DNA of 64,000 nucleotides from an uncultured bacterium (GCA_905182795.1 CAJJCZ010000006.1:3264-67263); one strand, 5' to 3'. Positions 50,030 through 60,734 are shown, counted from the first letter of the stretch. The notes: generated by a model from the sequence alone, not told the origin. Program-made: numbers and translations.

Positions 50030-51115
50030 AAGATAAATATAATTCTCTTTTAGAAAAATTTGATCAAATCAGGAGGCATCTTTGACCTTGAAGCGAAAGA
50101 TGCTCACTTAAGTAATTTAAAAGATCAAATATCAGACCCATCTTTATGGGATAATAATCAAAAAACAACATCTCTCATGAAAGAAATTTCTATGTGTGAA
50201 AAAGATATTGATCTAAGAAAAAGTTTATCAGAAAAAGCTAGTGATATCAAAGTGATGTTTGAATTCTTAAATGATGGTCAGATAGATGAGAAAGAATTTT
50301 CAGAAGAATTAGAGCCTTTCGCCAAACTAATTAAAGAGTTTGAATTAAAATTAATTCTTAATTCAAAAAATGACTCTAAAGACGCTATTATTTCAATTCA
50401 TCCAGGTGCAGGAGGGACAGAAAGTCAAGATTGGGCTCAAATGTTATATAGAATGTATTCTATGTGGACAGAGTCTAAAGGTTTTAAATTTAATATTATT
50501 GATTTTCAAGTAGGAGATGAAGCAGGTATTAAAGATTGTACAATTGAAATTGTAGGAGACTATGCATATGGGTTGCTTCAATCAGAGATTGGAATACATA
50601 GGCTAGTTAGGATATCACCTTTTGACTCTAATAGTCGCAGGCATACATCTTTTGCTTCAGTATCTATTTATCCGTCAATAGATGAAAGTGTTGAAATAGA
50701 AATTAATCCAAAAGAATTAAGGATAGACACATTTCGTTCTAGCGGAGCAGGAGGTCAACATGTAAATAAGACAGATTCTGCCATTAGAATTACTCATATG
50801 CCTACTGGAACCGTTACGCAGTGTCAAACTCAAAGATCTCAACATAAAAACAAAGAGCAAGCGCTAAAGGTATTAAAATCAAAGCTATATCAGTTAGAAA
50901 TTGAAAAGCAGGCAGAGTCTAAAAAAATACTTGAAGGCGAAAAGAAAGATATTGCCTGGGGCAATCAGATAAGATCTTATGTTTTTCATCCATATAGTAT
51001 GATTAAAGATCATAGAACAAAATTTGAAGTAGGAAATGTGAAAGCTGTTATGGATGGAAATATAGATGACTTTATGTATAGTTATTTATTAGATAAAATG
51101 GAAAAAAATAAATAA
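50020..51115 (+). CDS. prfB: Peptide chain release factor 2, requiring a programmed +1 frameshift (join 50020..50082, 50084..51115)
   Basis: The frame-0 leader MDLKDKYNSLLEKFDQIRRHL stops at TGA 50083-50085. The +1 frame continues DLEAKDAHLS... and carries the SPF motif (RISPFDSNSRRHTSF) and the GGQ motif (SGAGGQHVNKTDSAIRITH). Confidence 0.9.
50071..50086 (+). other. prfB programmed +1 ribosomal frameshift site
   Basis: AGGAGG CAT CTT TGA C: an internal SD-like AGGAGG lies 3 nt upstream of the slippery CUU UGA C, the canonical RF2 autoregulatory arrangement. Confidence 0.9.
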
Positions 51116-51127
51116 GTTTCTTTCGAT

Positions 51128-52603
51128 ATGGAAAATAAAAGTTTAAAACAAATTATTGCAAATCGTCTAGAAAAATTAGATAAAATTCGTCAATTAGGTG
51201 TCAACCCTTACCCTTATGAATTTAATGTTACGTATTCAACTTCAGATATTACCAAAGATGATGTTGATAAGAATGTATCTGTAGCTGGAAGAGTAATGTC
51301 TCTTAGAAAAATGGGTAAAGCTGCTTTTGCTAATATTCAAGATGCTCATGGTAGGGTTCAATTATATATTGCAAGAGATGATGTTGGTGAAGACAATTAT
51401 AGTTTATTCAAATTAATTGATATTGGAGATTTTATTGGAATTGATGGTGTAGTTTTTATTACCAAGACAGATGCGCTTACTGTAAAAGCTCAAAAAGTTA
51501 CTGTGCTGAGTAAGAACTTAAGACCTATTCCTGATGTTAAAGAAAAGGATGGTGAAAAATACAATTCAGTTTCAGATAAAGAGCTAAGGTATAGGAAGCG
51601 CTATATCGATATGATTATTAATCCGGAAACAAAAGACAACTATATCAAAAGATTCAAAATTATTAATTCTATAAGAGAATTTCTAAATAAGAATGGATAT
51701 ATCGAAGTAGAAACGCCAGTCTTACAACCAGTTTATGGCGGAGCCAATGCTAAGCCCTTTAAAACATTCCACAATGCGTTAGATCAAGAATTTTTTTTAA
51801 GAATTGCAACCGAACTATATTTGAAGCAATTGATTGTAGGTGGATTTGAAAAAGTTTATGAAATGTCTAAAGATTTTAGAAATGAAGGTATTGATCGAAG
51901 TCATAATCCAGAATTTACTATGCTTGAATTTTATCAAGCTTATTCAGATTATAATTTCATGATGGATTTTGTTGAAGAGATGTTGAAGAAAGTAGCAAAA
52001 GATCTGGGTGTTAAAAAAATATCATGGGATGGAAATGATATTGATTTATCTAAGAAATTTGCAAGAAAAACAATGGATGAATTAATTAAGGAACATACTG
52101 GGCACTCTGTAGATTTAACTAATAGTAAAGCAGTATTCGATGTATGTAAAAAATTAGATTTAAAAGTAAAAAAAACTGACAGCCTTGCAAAGATGATTGA
52201 TGAAATAATGAGAAGAAAAGTTGAACCAAATCTAATCAACCCTACTTATGTAATGAATCATCCTGTAGAGATTTCACCATTAGCTAAAGTTAATAGAGAT
52301 GGAGATAAAGATTTTACTGAAAGATTTGAATTATTTATTGCAGGTATGGAATTTGCAAATGGATTTTCTGAATTAAATGATCCAATAGATCAAAGAAAAA
52401 GATTTGAAGATCAATCAGCTAAAAAAGATGGTGGCGATGAAGAAGCATTTCCTATAGATGAAAATTTCTTAGAAGCTATAGAGATTGGAATGCCTCCAAC
52501 GGCAGGTGTTGGTATTGGAATTGATCGATTAGTCATGCTATTTATTGATACTAGGTGGATTAGAGATGCAATTATCTTTCCCACACTTAAATCTCTAAAA
52601 TGA
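51128..52603 (+). CDS. lysS: Lysine--tRNA ligase (class II)
   Basis: N-terminal OB domain and the class II core (FRNEGIDRSHNPEFTMLEFYQAY, GIGIDRLVML). Confidence 0.9.
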   Translation: MENKSLKQIIANRLEKLDKIRQLGVNPYPYEFNVTYSTSDITKDDVDKNVSVAGRVMSLRKMGKAAFANIQDAHGRVQLYIARDDVGEDNYSLFKLIDIGDFIGIDGVVFITKTDALTVKAQKVTVLSKNLRPIPDVKEKDGEKYNSVSDKELRYRKRYIDMIINPETKDNYIKRFKIINSIREFLNKNGYIEVETPVLQPVYGGANAKPFKTFHNALDQEFFLRIATELYLKQLIVGGFEKVYEMSKDFRNEGIDRSHNPEFTMLEFYQAYSDYNFMMDFVEEMLKKVAKDLGVKKISWDGNDIDLSKKFARKTMDELIKEHTGHSVDLTNSKAVFDVCKKLDLKVKKTDSLAKMIDEIMRRKVEPNLINPTYVMNHPVEISPLAKVNRDGDKDFTERFELFIAGMEFANGFSELNDPIDQRKRFEDQSAKKDGGDEEAFPIDENFLEAIEIGMPPTAGVGIGIDRLVMLFIDTRWIRDAIIFPTLKSLK

Positions 52604-53772
52604 AATTAGCTTTTCTTGTTCTAAGAAGACTCTTTTTTTCACCACAAAGTAATTTTCTCTTCAAAATTACAAATATTGTTTCAATTGTAAGTCTAGCACT
52701 TGGCATAGCGTCGTTAAACATTGTCTTAGGTGCAGTTAATGGATTTGAGGCTAAGGTATCTGAGAAACTATCCTCTATTAACGGCTATACGACTATTAAT
52801 CACTTATTTGAAGATGATTTTTCAACCGATCAATCATTATTGCCTGATTTTTATAATCATTATGAGTCTAAATTAATTCCTTATATTGAAAAACCAGCAA
52901 TTCTTAAATCAAAATATAGCAGCAGTAACGTTTTAATACATGGTTTAGACAGCAGCGATTTTAAAGATTTTAATTTATTTAACAATCTTGATACGGGCCT
53001 AGAAAATATTAATCAAAATGATGTTATTGTGGGAAGTCTTCTTGCAGATAATCTTAATTTATCTATAGGAGATGAGATTGTTATTTTTAATCCATTAATT
53101 TCAAAAAGAACATTAGAAAGAAATAAATTTTTATTGCTAACAATAAAAGAAATATATCATTCCGGTATAGATGATTATGATTCGAGATTAGTATTTATTC
53201 CTATAAGTACAGTCCAATCTTATTTTGATTTAGATAATAGTATTAGCGGTTGGATGAGTTTTGACCCTTCTTTAGATATAGAAGATATAGATTATCCATT
53301 CTATCAACTAAGTCTGAATGACAGGCATAGCGATTTATTTGAATGGATAAATACTCAGCAATGGCCAATTATTTTTATTTTCAGCTTAATCGCATTGGTA
53401 TCATATTTTAATTTGATTGGATCAATAAATATTCTTTTCTATGAGAAAAGATTTAACCTAGCAATTATGAAGACATATGGTATGTCAAATAAAAAATTGG
53501 CAGTAATATTTATTATTCAAGGAATAGTATTAGCATTGATTGGATCAATACTGGGAATTTTATTATCTCTATTTATTATTTTTATGCAGGAGAAGTTTCA
53601 TTTTATAGCTTTAGCTGAAAATATTTATTTCGTTAGTTATTTACCGATAATATTTAGTATAAAAAATGCTATCTATACATTATTCTTTAGTCTTATATGT
53701 AGCATATTATTTTCAAGTATTTCCTTAATATATCTTTTATCTATTAATCCATCTAAAATTTTAAAAAACTAA
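52600..53772 (+). CDS. FtsX/LolE-like ABC transporter permease
   Basis: 390 aa. An N-terminal TM segment is followed by a periplasmic MacB-like domain and a C-terminal FtsX 3-TM bundle. It is paired with a paralogue and a LolD-like ATPase. Confidence 0.7.
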   Translation: MKLAFLVLRRLFFSPQSNFLFKITNIVSIVSLALGIASLNIVLGAVNGFEAKVSEKLSSINGYTTINHLFEDDFSTDQSLLPDFYNHYESKLIPYIEKPAILKSKYSSSNVLIHGLDSSDFKDFNLFNNLDTGLENINQNDVIVGSLLADNLNLSIGDEIVIFNPLISKRTLERNKFLLLTIKEIYHSGIDDYDSRLVFIPISTVQSYFDLDNSISGWMSFDPSLDIEDIDYPFYQLSLNDRHSDLFEWINTQQWPIIFIFSLIALVSYFNLIGSINILFYEKRFNLAIMKTYGMSNKKLAVIFIIQGIVLALIGSILGILLSLFIIFMQEKFHFIALAENIYFVSYLPIIFSIKNAIYTLFFSLICSILFSSISLIYLLSINPSKILKN

Positions 53773-54920
53773 TGAATGTAATTTTCTTAATAGCAAAACG
53801 TTTTTTGATGCCAAGAAACATGTTAGAAGGAGGTATTATTAATATCATATCTTTTCTAGGACTGTTCATTGGCGCAACATCAATTATATTATCAGTAGCA
53901 GTTCTCAATGGATTTCAAGGTATTCTCGAAGATGAAACGAAAAAGATATATGGAGACTATGCTATAATCAATTTTGACTATGATAGAGATAGAGAGTTGA
54001 TAGAAGATTTTGAAAAAGATAATATCAAGTATGCACCATACTATGAGGAAGAATTTTTTATATCAAAAAATAAAAAACAATCATTAGTGAATTTAAAGAC
54101 TATTGAGAGTTCAAAGTTTGATGACTTTTATGATTTAGAATTAGTTAAAAATAATAGAGGACTAAGTCATGGAGAAATTATTATCGGACAATCTTTAGCT
54201 GATAAAATGGGTTTTAGCATTGGTGATTCTATATCAATTTATAGTACTAAGCTTAATATGAGTTATTTAGCGATGCCATCTACTAAGGAGTTGGTGGTTA
54301 CAAATATTTTCAAAAATAGAATATTAAGATCTGATGAATTTTTAATCTTTACAGTATCTAAAGAGTATAGTTTTCCTAACAAAAAGTTTACTGATATTGA
54401 AATTGTTGGAAACATAGATGGTTTTGTTACAATGCCAAATGACAATATTGTTTCATGGAAAGAAAGAAATAGGCAGCTATTTGATGCCACTGAAATTGAG
54501 AAGAAAATTACCTTTTTTACATTATTTCTTATCATAGTTGTAGCTTCATTCAACTTATCTTCCTCTGTTATGCAAATTGCAACTAAAAAAACAAGGGAAA
54601 TGGCAATTCTGAGTACTTTTGGAATGAGTAAGAATAGCATATCTAGTATATTTTTAGTTTATGGTTATTTATTGGCAATCACTGCCATATTAAGCGGAAT
54701 CTTATTTGCTTTATTAATCATATTTATACAAAACACATTTGGAGTGTTTATGCTAAATCCTGACTTTTATTTAGTCAGCAAGCTTCCTATGGAAATTAGT
54801 TTCAAAGATATCTCTTTGTTGTTACTTTACTCTATACTAATAATTGGATTATTTGCGACACTACCTTTAATGCTTATTAAAAAAATAAGCCCAATTGAAT
54901 TGATAAATAAAAATATATGA
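53772..54920 (+). CDS. FtsX/LolC-like ABC transporter permease
   Basis: 382 aa with the same architecture as the preceding gene (IAKRFLMPRN N-terminus typical of LolC/E). Confidence 0.7.
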   Translation: MNVIFLIAKRFLMPRNMLEGGIINIISFLGLFIGATSIILSVAVLNGFQGILEDETKKIYGDYAIINFDYDRDRELIEDFEKDNIKYAPYYEEEFFISKNKKQSLVNLKTIESSKFDDFYDLELVKNNRGLSHGEIIIGQSLADKMGFSIGDSISIYSTKLNMSYLAMPSTKELVVTNIFKNRILRSDEFLIFTVSKEYSFPNKKFTDIEIVGNIDGFVTMPNDNIVSWKERNRQLFDATEIEKKITFFTLFLIIVVASFNLSSSVMQIATKKTREMAILSTFGMSKNSISSIFLVYGYLLAITAILSGILFALLIIFIQNTFGVFMLNPDFYLVSKLPMEISFKDISLLLLYSILIIGLFATLPLMLIKKISPIELINKNI

Positions 54921-55576
54921 TACTATCAGTTAAAAATCTTAAAAAAACTTTTAAAGATGGGGACAAAGTTCTTGAAGTCTTAAAGGGTGTTAGTTTTGAT
55001 CTTTGTAAAGGAGATATCTTAACCATTAAAGGCCCTTCTGGATCTGGAAAATCTACCTTATTAAGCTTATTAGGGACTTTAGATCAACCAGATAGTGGAG
55101 AGGTGATAATCGACAATAAGAGCCTTAAGGATGTTAAAGATTATGATTTAATCAGAAATACTCATATTGGATTTATATTTCAATTTCATAATCTAATAGC
55201 AGAGTTAAATGTTGTTGAAAATGTAACCATTCCAACACTTATAGCAGGTAAAAAAATTGATACGGACTATGTGAATGAGTTATTTGATTATTTTGATTTA
55301 TCGAATCGTAAAAAATCATTTCCATTGGATCTTTCTGGAGGGGAAAAACAGAGAGTCTCTGCGATGAGGGCTATTATGAATAAGCCTTCAATAGTTATAG
55401 CAGACGAGCCAACAGGTAATCTGGATGAGTATAATGCCATTAAAATGATTGATTTATTTCAAAAATTAAATCGTGATTTTAATTTGACTTTTGTAATCGC
55501 TACTCATGATGAAAAAGTGTTTAATATAGGTAGTAAAAAAATGAACCTATATGATGGAAATCTCCTAAAATTATAA
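54917..55576 (+). CDS. lolD: ABC transporter ATP-binding protein, LolD/MacB-ATPase type
   Basis: Walker A GPSGSGKSTLL, signature LSGGEKQRVSAMRA and Walker B IVIADEPTGNLD. Confidence 0.8.
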   Translation: MILSVKNLKKTFKDGDKVLEVLKGVSFDLCKGDILTIKGPSGSGKSTLLSLLGTLDQPDSGEVIIDNKSLKDVKDYDLIRNTHIGFIFQFHNLIAELNVVENVTIPTLIAGKKIDTDYVNELFDYFDLSNRKKSFPLDLSGGEKQRVSAMRAIMNKPSIVIADEPTGNLDEYNAIKMIDLFQKLNRDFNLTFVIATHDEKVFNIGSKKMNLYDGNLLKL

Positions 55577-55638
55577 GATTAATTCTTATATATGCCATAT
55601 AGTCATATAATTTGTCAAATATGACATATATATTATCT

Positions 55639-55654
55639 TGGCACACTCTTTGCA
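55639..55654 (+). promoter_or_regulatory. Sigma-54 (RpoN) -24/-12 promoter element upstream of dnaK
   Basis: TGGCAC-ACTCT-TTGCA matches the consensus TGGCAC-N5-TTGCA exactly. GG (55640-41) and GC (55652-53) are 12 nt apart. It lies in an intergenic region 40 nt upstream of the dnaK ATG. Confidence 0.6.
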
Positions 55655-55693
55655 ACTATAAAGGCAAGAAAACTAAAATATTAGGAGATTTTT

Positions 55694-57610
55694 ATGGGAA
55701 AAATAATTGGAATTGATTTAGGAACAACAAACTCTTGTGTAGCAGTAATGGAAGGTGGAGAAGCTACCGTTATTACTAGTCCTGAAGGCGGAAGAACTAC
55801 GCCATCGGTAGTAGCTTTTACAAAAGAAGGCGATCGTTTAGTAGGTGAGCCTGCGAAACGTCAAGCTGTGACCAATCCAACTAATACTATTTATTCAATT
55901 AAAAGATTTATGGGAAGAACTCCTGCCGAAATCAAAAAAGATATAGCAGAAGTCCCTTATAAGGTTGCCATAGATGGCGCCAAAGTTAATGTAGAGGCGA
56001 ATGGTAAGAAATATAAACCACAAGAAATAAGTGCCATGGTTTTACAAAAAATGAAACAAATGGCTGAACAGCATCTTGGAACGGATGTTACTGACGCTGT
56101 TATTACTGTACCTGCATATTTTAATGACTCACAAAGAAAAGCAACTAAAGATGCTGGAAAAATTGCAGGATTAAATGTTAAGAGAATTATTAATGAGCCA
56201 ACAGCCGCATCATTAGCTTATGCGAAAGGTAAGAAAAAAGATGAGAAAGTAGCTGTATTTGACTTGGGTGGAGGAACTTTTGATATATCTATTCTAGATA
56301 TTTTGGATGATGAAGGTTTAACGATAGAAGTGAATGCAAGTAATGGTGATGGAAAGCTAGGTGGAGATGATTTCGATCAAAAAGTTGTTGATTGGCTAGC
56401 TGAAGATTTCAAGAAAAATGAAGGTGTTGATTTAAGAAAAGATCCAATGGCTTTACAAAGACTTAAAGAAGCCGCTGAAAATGCTAAAAAAGAACTTTCT
56501 TCATCAAAACAAACAGAAATTAGCTTACCATTTATTACTGCAGATGCTTCAGGTCCAAAGCATTTAAATATTACCTTAACAAGAGCTACTTTTGAAAAGC
56601 TAGTTGCAGATCTTATTGAAAGAGTGGTCGGTCCATGTAAGCAGGCTTTAAAAGATGCTAAGCTTTCAGCTAAAGATATTAAAGAAGTAATTTTAGTTGG
56701 TGGTTCAACTAGAATTCCTTCAGTTCAAGACAAGGTAAAAGAAATATTTGGTGAAGATAAAATAAATCAGAGTGTTAATCCTGATGAAGTTGTTGCCAAA
56801 GGCGCAGCTATTCAAGCTGGAATATTAGGTGGTGACGTTGATGATGTATTATTACTTGATGTTACTCCATTAACTCTAGGTATTGAAACTATGGGCGGTA
56901 TTGCAACACCATTAATTGAAAAAAATACAACTATTCCAGCTCAAAAATCTCAAGTCTTTAGTACTGCAGCAGACAATCAGCCAATGGTTGAGATTGTTAT
57001 TGTACAAGGAGAAAGACAGTTAGCGCAAGACAATAAAAAACTTGGAAATTTTCATTTAGATGGAATTCCTCCAGCTCCTCGTGGTACGCCACAAATCGAA
57101 GTTATATTTGATATGGATGCAGATGGTATTTTAAGTGTTAAGGCTATAGATAAAGCTACTTCAAAAGAGCAGAGTATTACAATCAAAGCTCAAGATGGAT
57201 TATCTGATGAGGATATAGAAAAAATGGTCAGTGATGCTAAAAGCCATGAAGCTGAAGACAAGGTTAAAAAAGAAGAGATTGAAACAAAGAATCAAGGAGA
57301 GCAATTAGTCTATCAAACAGAAAAACAAATGAAAGATCTGGATGATAAATTAAGCGAAGATGATAAAAAGGATCTAAATGAAGCTGTAGATAAGCTGAAA
57401 GCAGCTAATACATCGGGAAATGTTGATGACATCAAAACAGAAATAGAAAGCTTAAATTCTATCTGGAGTTCCAAATCTGCTGCAATGTATGCAAATTCTA
57501 CAGAAGCACAAGAGCCTCCTATGCAAGAAGCTCCAAATCCTGAATCTTCATCTGAAAAGAAAGATGATAAAAAGATTGAAGACGCAGAATTTGAAGTTGT
57601 TGAGGATTAG
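55694..57610 (+). CDS. dnaK: Molecular chaperone DnaK (Hsp70)
   Basis: [37 protein letters not shown] and the C-terminal acidic tail EFEVVED. AGGAG SD. Confidence 0.95.
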   Translation: MGKIIGIDLGTTNSCVAVMEGGEATVITSPEGGRTTPSVVAFTKEGDRLVGEPAKRQAVTNPTNTIYSIKRFMGRTPAEIKKDIAEVPYKVAIDGAKVNVEANGKKYKPQEISAMVLQKMKQMAEQHLGTDVTDAVITVPAYFNDSQRKATKDAGKIAGLNVKRIINEPTAASLAYAKGKKKDEKVAVFDLGGGTFDISILDILDDEGLTIEVNASNGDGKLGGDDFDQKVVDWLAEDFKKNEGVDLRKDPMALQRLKEAAENAKKELSSSKQTEISLPFITADASGPKHLNITLTRATFEKLVADLIERVVGPCKQALKDAKLSAKDIKEVILVGGSTRIPSVQDKVKEIFGEDKINQSVNPDEVVAKGAAIQAGILGGDVDDVLLLDVTPLTLGIETMGGIATPLIEKNTTIPAQKSQVFSTAADNQPMVEIVIVQGERQLAQDNKKLGNFHLDGIPPAPRGTPQIEVIFDMDADGILSVKAIDKATSKEQSITIKAQDGLSDEDIEKMVSDAKSHEAEDKVKKEEIETKNQGEQLVYQTEKQMKDLDDKLSEDDKKDLNEAVDKLKAANTSGNVDDIKTEIESLNSIWSSKSAAMYANSTEAQEPPMQEAPNPESSSEKKDDKKIEDAEFEVVED

Positions 57611-57655
57611 ATTTTAGATTTTTTATTAGGCTATTAATAGTTAGTTTTTGAACAA

Positions 57656-58855
57656 ATGAATAGCCTAGTAAAAAAAATACTTAAAACATTTTTTAGCATA
57701 GCAGTTACTTTCTTTCTGTTCTTAATTATTATCAGTATTTCTTTGTATATATATATAGGAAAAGGACTAGAATTTAAAATTAACAAGTCAAATTCTTCTA
57801 TCGCTTCTTTATCCGAGCAATATAATATCGATTTTGATGCATCATCAACTATTAACCTTATTGCTGACACTGATAGGGTAGATGTATATCTATTATTAAA
57901 AAATATTATCATTAATAAAGATAATGATAGTTTCATAAAAGCAAATAATGTATCAATAAGAGCTAGTTTCTCTTATGCCAATATTATACTATTAGGCAGT
58001 AGTTTTTTCAATACTGAAAAAATACTATACTCCTCTATTGGTAGTATAAACATTCATTTCAATGAACCTGTTTTAAATATAAAAAATCTTAATAGTTTAG
58101 ATAACGGCAATTTGTCAAAGAGTGATCAGTTTTTTCCGCTAAGCATCAAAGCAGATAATGGAATATTATTTGATGGAGATTTAGAAATAGGAAAGTTTTC
58201 TATGACATTAGATATGAATCAATTTGAGAATAAGTCAGATATTCAGAGCTATTCTGTTGATTTAGAATCTCATAAAAATTTTCCAGCTGATTATATAGGT
58301 AAATTTTTTAAAGAAGTAACCTCGATTCAAGATGATAATGAAACTGTTTTTTTTGATATAAATATCAAAGATCAAGAGGCTGCAAGTTTTGAAAATACTC
58401 AGATATTAAATGGAGTATTACGAGTAAGAGATACAAAAATAGACTTAGAAAAATTTCCAGTAGAATTAAAGCCTGAATCCATTAGAAATTTAAGCTTAGA
58501 CCTTAATATTATTGATAATATAGGTCAGATCAATCTTTTAGGCTCTGTCACTAACCCAAAAGTAAGATTGAAGCTACAAAAAGAACCTAATTTACAGATT
58601 GCAGGATCTATTGATTTTCAAGAAATATTGGAACCATATTTAGATTTAATAGTAAATGGAACAGATATATTTTTTGCTAAAGAAGCAAATACTAATCTTA
58701 ATGGAATAACAGATTTAAGGATCTCAATCTCTGGAAAAAATGTATTAGATTTAGCTGGAGAGCTAAATATAAAAAAAAGTCATGGGTTTTTAGTGCCATT
58801 AACAAATAGTACATTTGAAACTCAACATACTATAAAGAAGGAAAATGATGAATAA
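57656..58855 (+). CDS. Hypothetical N-terminally anchored envelope protein (399 aa)
   Basis: Long ORF with an N-terminal TM segment (FFSIAVTFFLFLIIISISLYIYI), then a beta-rich Asn/Ser/Ile-rich body. Its 3' end overlaps the moxR start by 11 nt, implying co-transcription. Confidence 0.6.
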   Translation: MNSLVKKILKTFFSIAVTFFLFLIIISISLYIYIGKGLEFKINKSNSSIASLSEQYNIDFDASSTINLIADTDRVDVYLLLKNIIINKDNDSFIKANNVSIRASFSYANIILLGSSFFNTEKILYSSIGSINIHFNEPVLNIKNLNSLDNGNLSKSDQFFPLSIKADNGILFDGDLEIGKFSMTLDMNQFENKSDIQSYSVDLESHKNFPADYIGKFFKEVTSIQDDNETVFFDINIKDQEAASFENTQILNGVLRVRDTKIDLEKFPVELKPESIRNLSLDLNIIDNIGQINLLGSVTNPKVRLKLQKEPNLQIAGSIDFQEILEPYLDLIVNGTDIFFAKEANTNLNGITDLRISISGKNVLDLAGELNIKKSHGFLVPLTNSTFETQHTIKKENDE

Positions 58856-59843
58856 AGATGCACTAGATCGACTGAATGCAAAAATTGCAAAGAAATCAAT
58901 ATTTATTAAAGATCTAAAAGAAGGTATTGGAAATGTCATTGTTGGCCAACATGAGCTTATAGATAAGATTTTAATATCTGTTATATCTAATGGACATATT
59001 TTACTAGAAGGAGTTCCTGGCTTGGCTAAAACTTTAACTATTAATACCGTAGCTAATTTAATTAATGCTGAATTCAAGAGAATTCAATTTACTCCAGATA
59101 TGTTACCAGCCGACTTGCTTGGAACTTTAATATATAATCAGAAGACTGGTAATTTTATGACAAAAAAAGGACCTATTTTTTCTAATATTATCCTTGCAGA
59201 CGAAATTAATAGAGCCCCCTCTAAAGTTCAAAGCGCCTTGCTTGAAGCAATGCAAGAAAGACAAATTACAATCGGTGAAGAAACATTCAAGCTTGATTTG
59301 CCTTTCCTTGTTTTAGCTACACAAAATCCTATTGACCAAGAAGGAACATATCCATTACCTGAAGCTCAAGTAGATCGTTTTATGTTAAAAGTCATTGTTG
59401 ATTACCCATCGATGGAAGAAGAGAAAGAAATTTTATCTAGAGTAGCAAAAACTAATATAGATACAAAGCAAAAATCTGTAGTCAACTCTAAAACAATCTT
59501 AGAAGCTCAAGCTCTTATTAATGATATTTATATTGCACCTAAGATTTTAGACTATATCTTGAATATTGTATTTGCTACAAGAAATCCTGAACAATTTAAA
59601 TTAGGTCAATTAAAAGACATGATTAGTTTTGGAGCTTCGCCTAGAGCATCTATTAATTTAGTATTAGCAGCTAAGGCAAAAGCATTTATCGATGGAAGAG
59701 GATATGTTATCCCAGAAGATGTAAGATATATAGGAAAAGATGTTTTAAGGCATAGAATGTTATTATCCTATGAAGCAGAAGCAGAAGAAATCACATCAGA
59801 AGAATTGATTGATCAGTTATTTAAAGAAATCCCTGTTCCATAA
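58845..59843 (+). CDS. MoxR-family AAA+ ATPase
   Basis: Walker A LLEGVPGLAKT, Walker B ILADEINRAPSKVQSALLEAMQE and ATQNPIDQEGTYPLPEAQVDRF. 332 aa. Confidence 0.9.
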   Translation: MMNKDALDRLNAKIAKKSIFIKDLKEGIGNVIVGQHELIDKILISVISNGHILLEGVPGLAKTLTINTVANLINAEFKRIQFTPDMLPADLLGTLIYNQKTGNFMTKKGPIFSNIILADEINRAPSKVQSALLEAMQERQITIGEETFKLDLPFLVLATQNPIDQEGTYPLPEAQVDRFMLKVIVDYPSMEEEKEILSRVAKTNIDTKQKSVVNSKTILEAQALINDIYIAPKILDYILNIVFATRNPEQFKLGQLKDMISFGASPRASINLVLAAKAKAFIDGRGYVIPEDVRYIGKDVLRHRMLLSYEAEAEEITSEELIDQLFKEIPVP

Positions 59844-59852
59844 TTGTAACTC

Positions 59853-60731
59853 ATGTCTAAAGATATACTAAAAAAAGTTCGACAAATAGAAATCAGAACA
59901 AAGAATATTGTAAACGATTTCTTTGGTGGAGATTATCATTCTAATTTCAAAGGTCGTGGAATGACTTTTTCTGAAGTAAGAGAATATCAGTATGGAGATG
60001 ATATTAGATTTATTGATTGGAATGTTACAGCAAAAACGGGTAAGCCTCATATCAAAGTCTTTGAAGAGGAAAGAGAACTTTCGGTCTTACTTCTTATTGA
60101 TGTTAGTAGTTCCGGTGTCTTTGGATCTAAAAGTAAGCTAAAAATTGATTTAGGAATTGAAATTGCAGCAATGTTGGGATTTTCTGCTATAAAAAATAAC
60201 GATAAAGTTGGATTAATTTTATTTAGTGATGATATAGTAAAGTATATACCTCCTAAGAAGGGAAAATCTCATGTATTACGCTTAATAACTGATCTAGTAA
60301 ATCATAATTATGATAAGAAACAAAATCAAACATCAATTAAAAAAGCTCTTGAATTTGCAAGTAAAATTTCTAAAAGAAAAAATGTAATGTTTGTAATATC
60401 AGATTTTATGGATGAAAATTTTTGGACAGAAATGAAGTATTTAAATTTTAATCATGATGTGATAGGTGTACAAATATATGATATTTTTGAAAAAGAGTTC
60501 CCAGACTTAGGGCTAATACAAGTGCATAACTCGGAGTCAAATCAAAAAGTATGGATCGATACATCTAATAAAAAAATAAGATCTAATTTTTCAAAAGATT
60601 TTTCTGAGCGATTAAATAATTTTGGACAAAAATGTAAGAATATCGGTTTTGATTTAATACAGGTAGGTACACATGAAGACTATGTTAAATCGCTTACTTA
60701 TTTCTTCAAAAGAAGAGCTAAGCGTACTTAA
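59853..60731 (+). CDS. DUF58-family protein (VWA-like fold, MoxR partner)
   Basis: GDYHSNFKGRGMTFSEVREYQYGDDIRFIDWNVTAKTGKPHIKVFEEE is the hallmark DUF58 motif. It sits directly after moxR. Confidence 0.85.
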   Translation: MSKDILKKVRQIEIRTKNIVNDFFGGDYHSNFKGRGMTFSEVREYQYGDDIRFIDWNVTAKTGKPHIKVFEEERELSVLLLIDVSSSGVFGSKSKLKIDLGIEIAAMLGFSAIKNNDKVGLILFSDDIVKYIPPKKGKSHVLRLITDLVNHNYDKKQNQTSIKKALEFASKISKRKNVMFVISDFMDENFWTEMKYLNFNHDVIGVQIYDIFEKEFPDLGLIQVHNSESNQKVWIDTSNKKIRSNFSKDFSERLNNFGQKCKNIGFDLIQVGTHEDYVKSLTYFFKRRAKRT

Positions 60732-60734
60732 TTT

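Noticed and set aside
55577-55693. A CIRCE (HrcA operator, TTAGCACTC-N9-GAGTGCTAA) or sigma-32 promoter upstream of dnaK.
   Set aside because: Neither half-site of CIRCE is present, and I cannot find a convincing CTTGAA / CCCCATNT pair. Only the sigma-54 element and an AT-rich palindrome are present.
57634-57936. 100-aa minus-strand ORF at the dnaK-distal spacer.
   Set aside because: It is almost entirely overlapped by the 399-aa plus-strand ORF, which has a proper TM N-terminus and is coupled to moxR. Nothing supports the minus-strand ORF independently.
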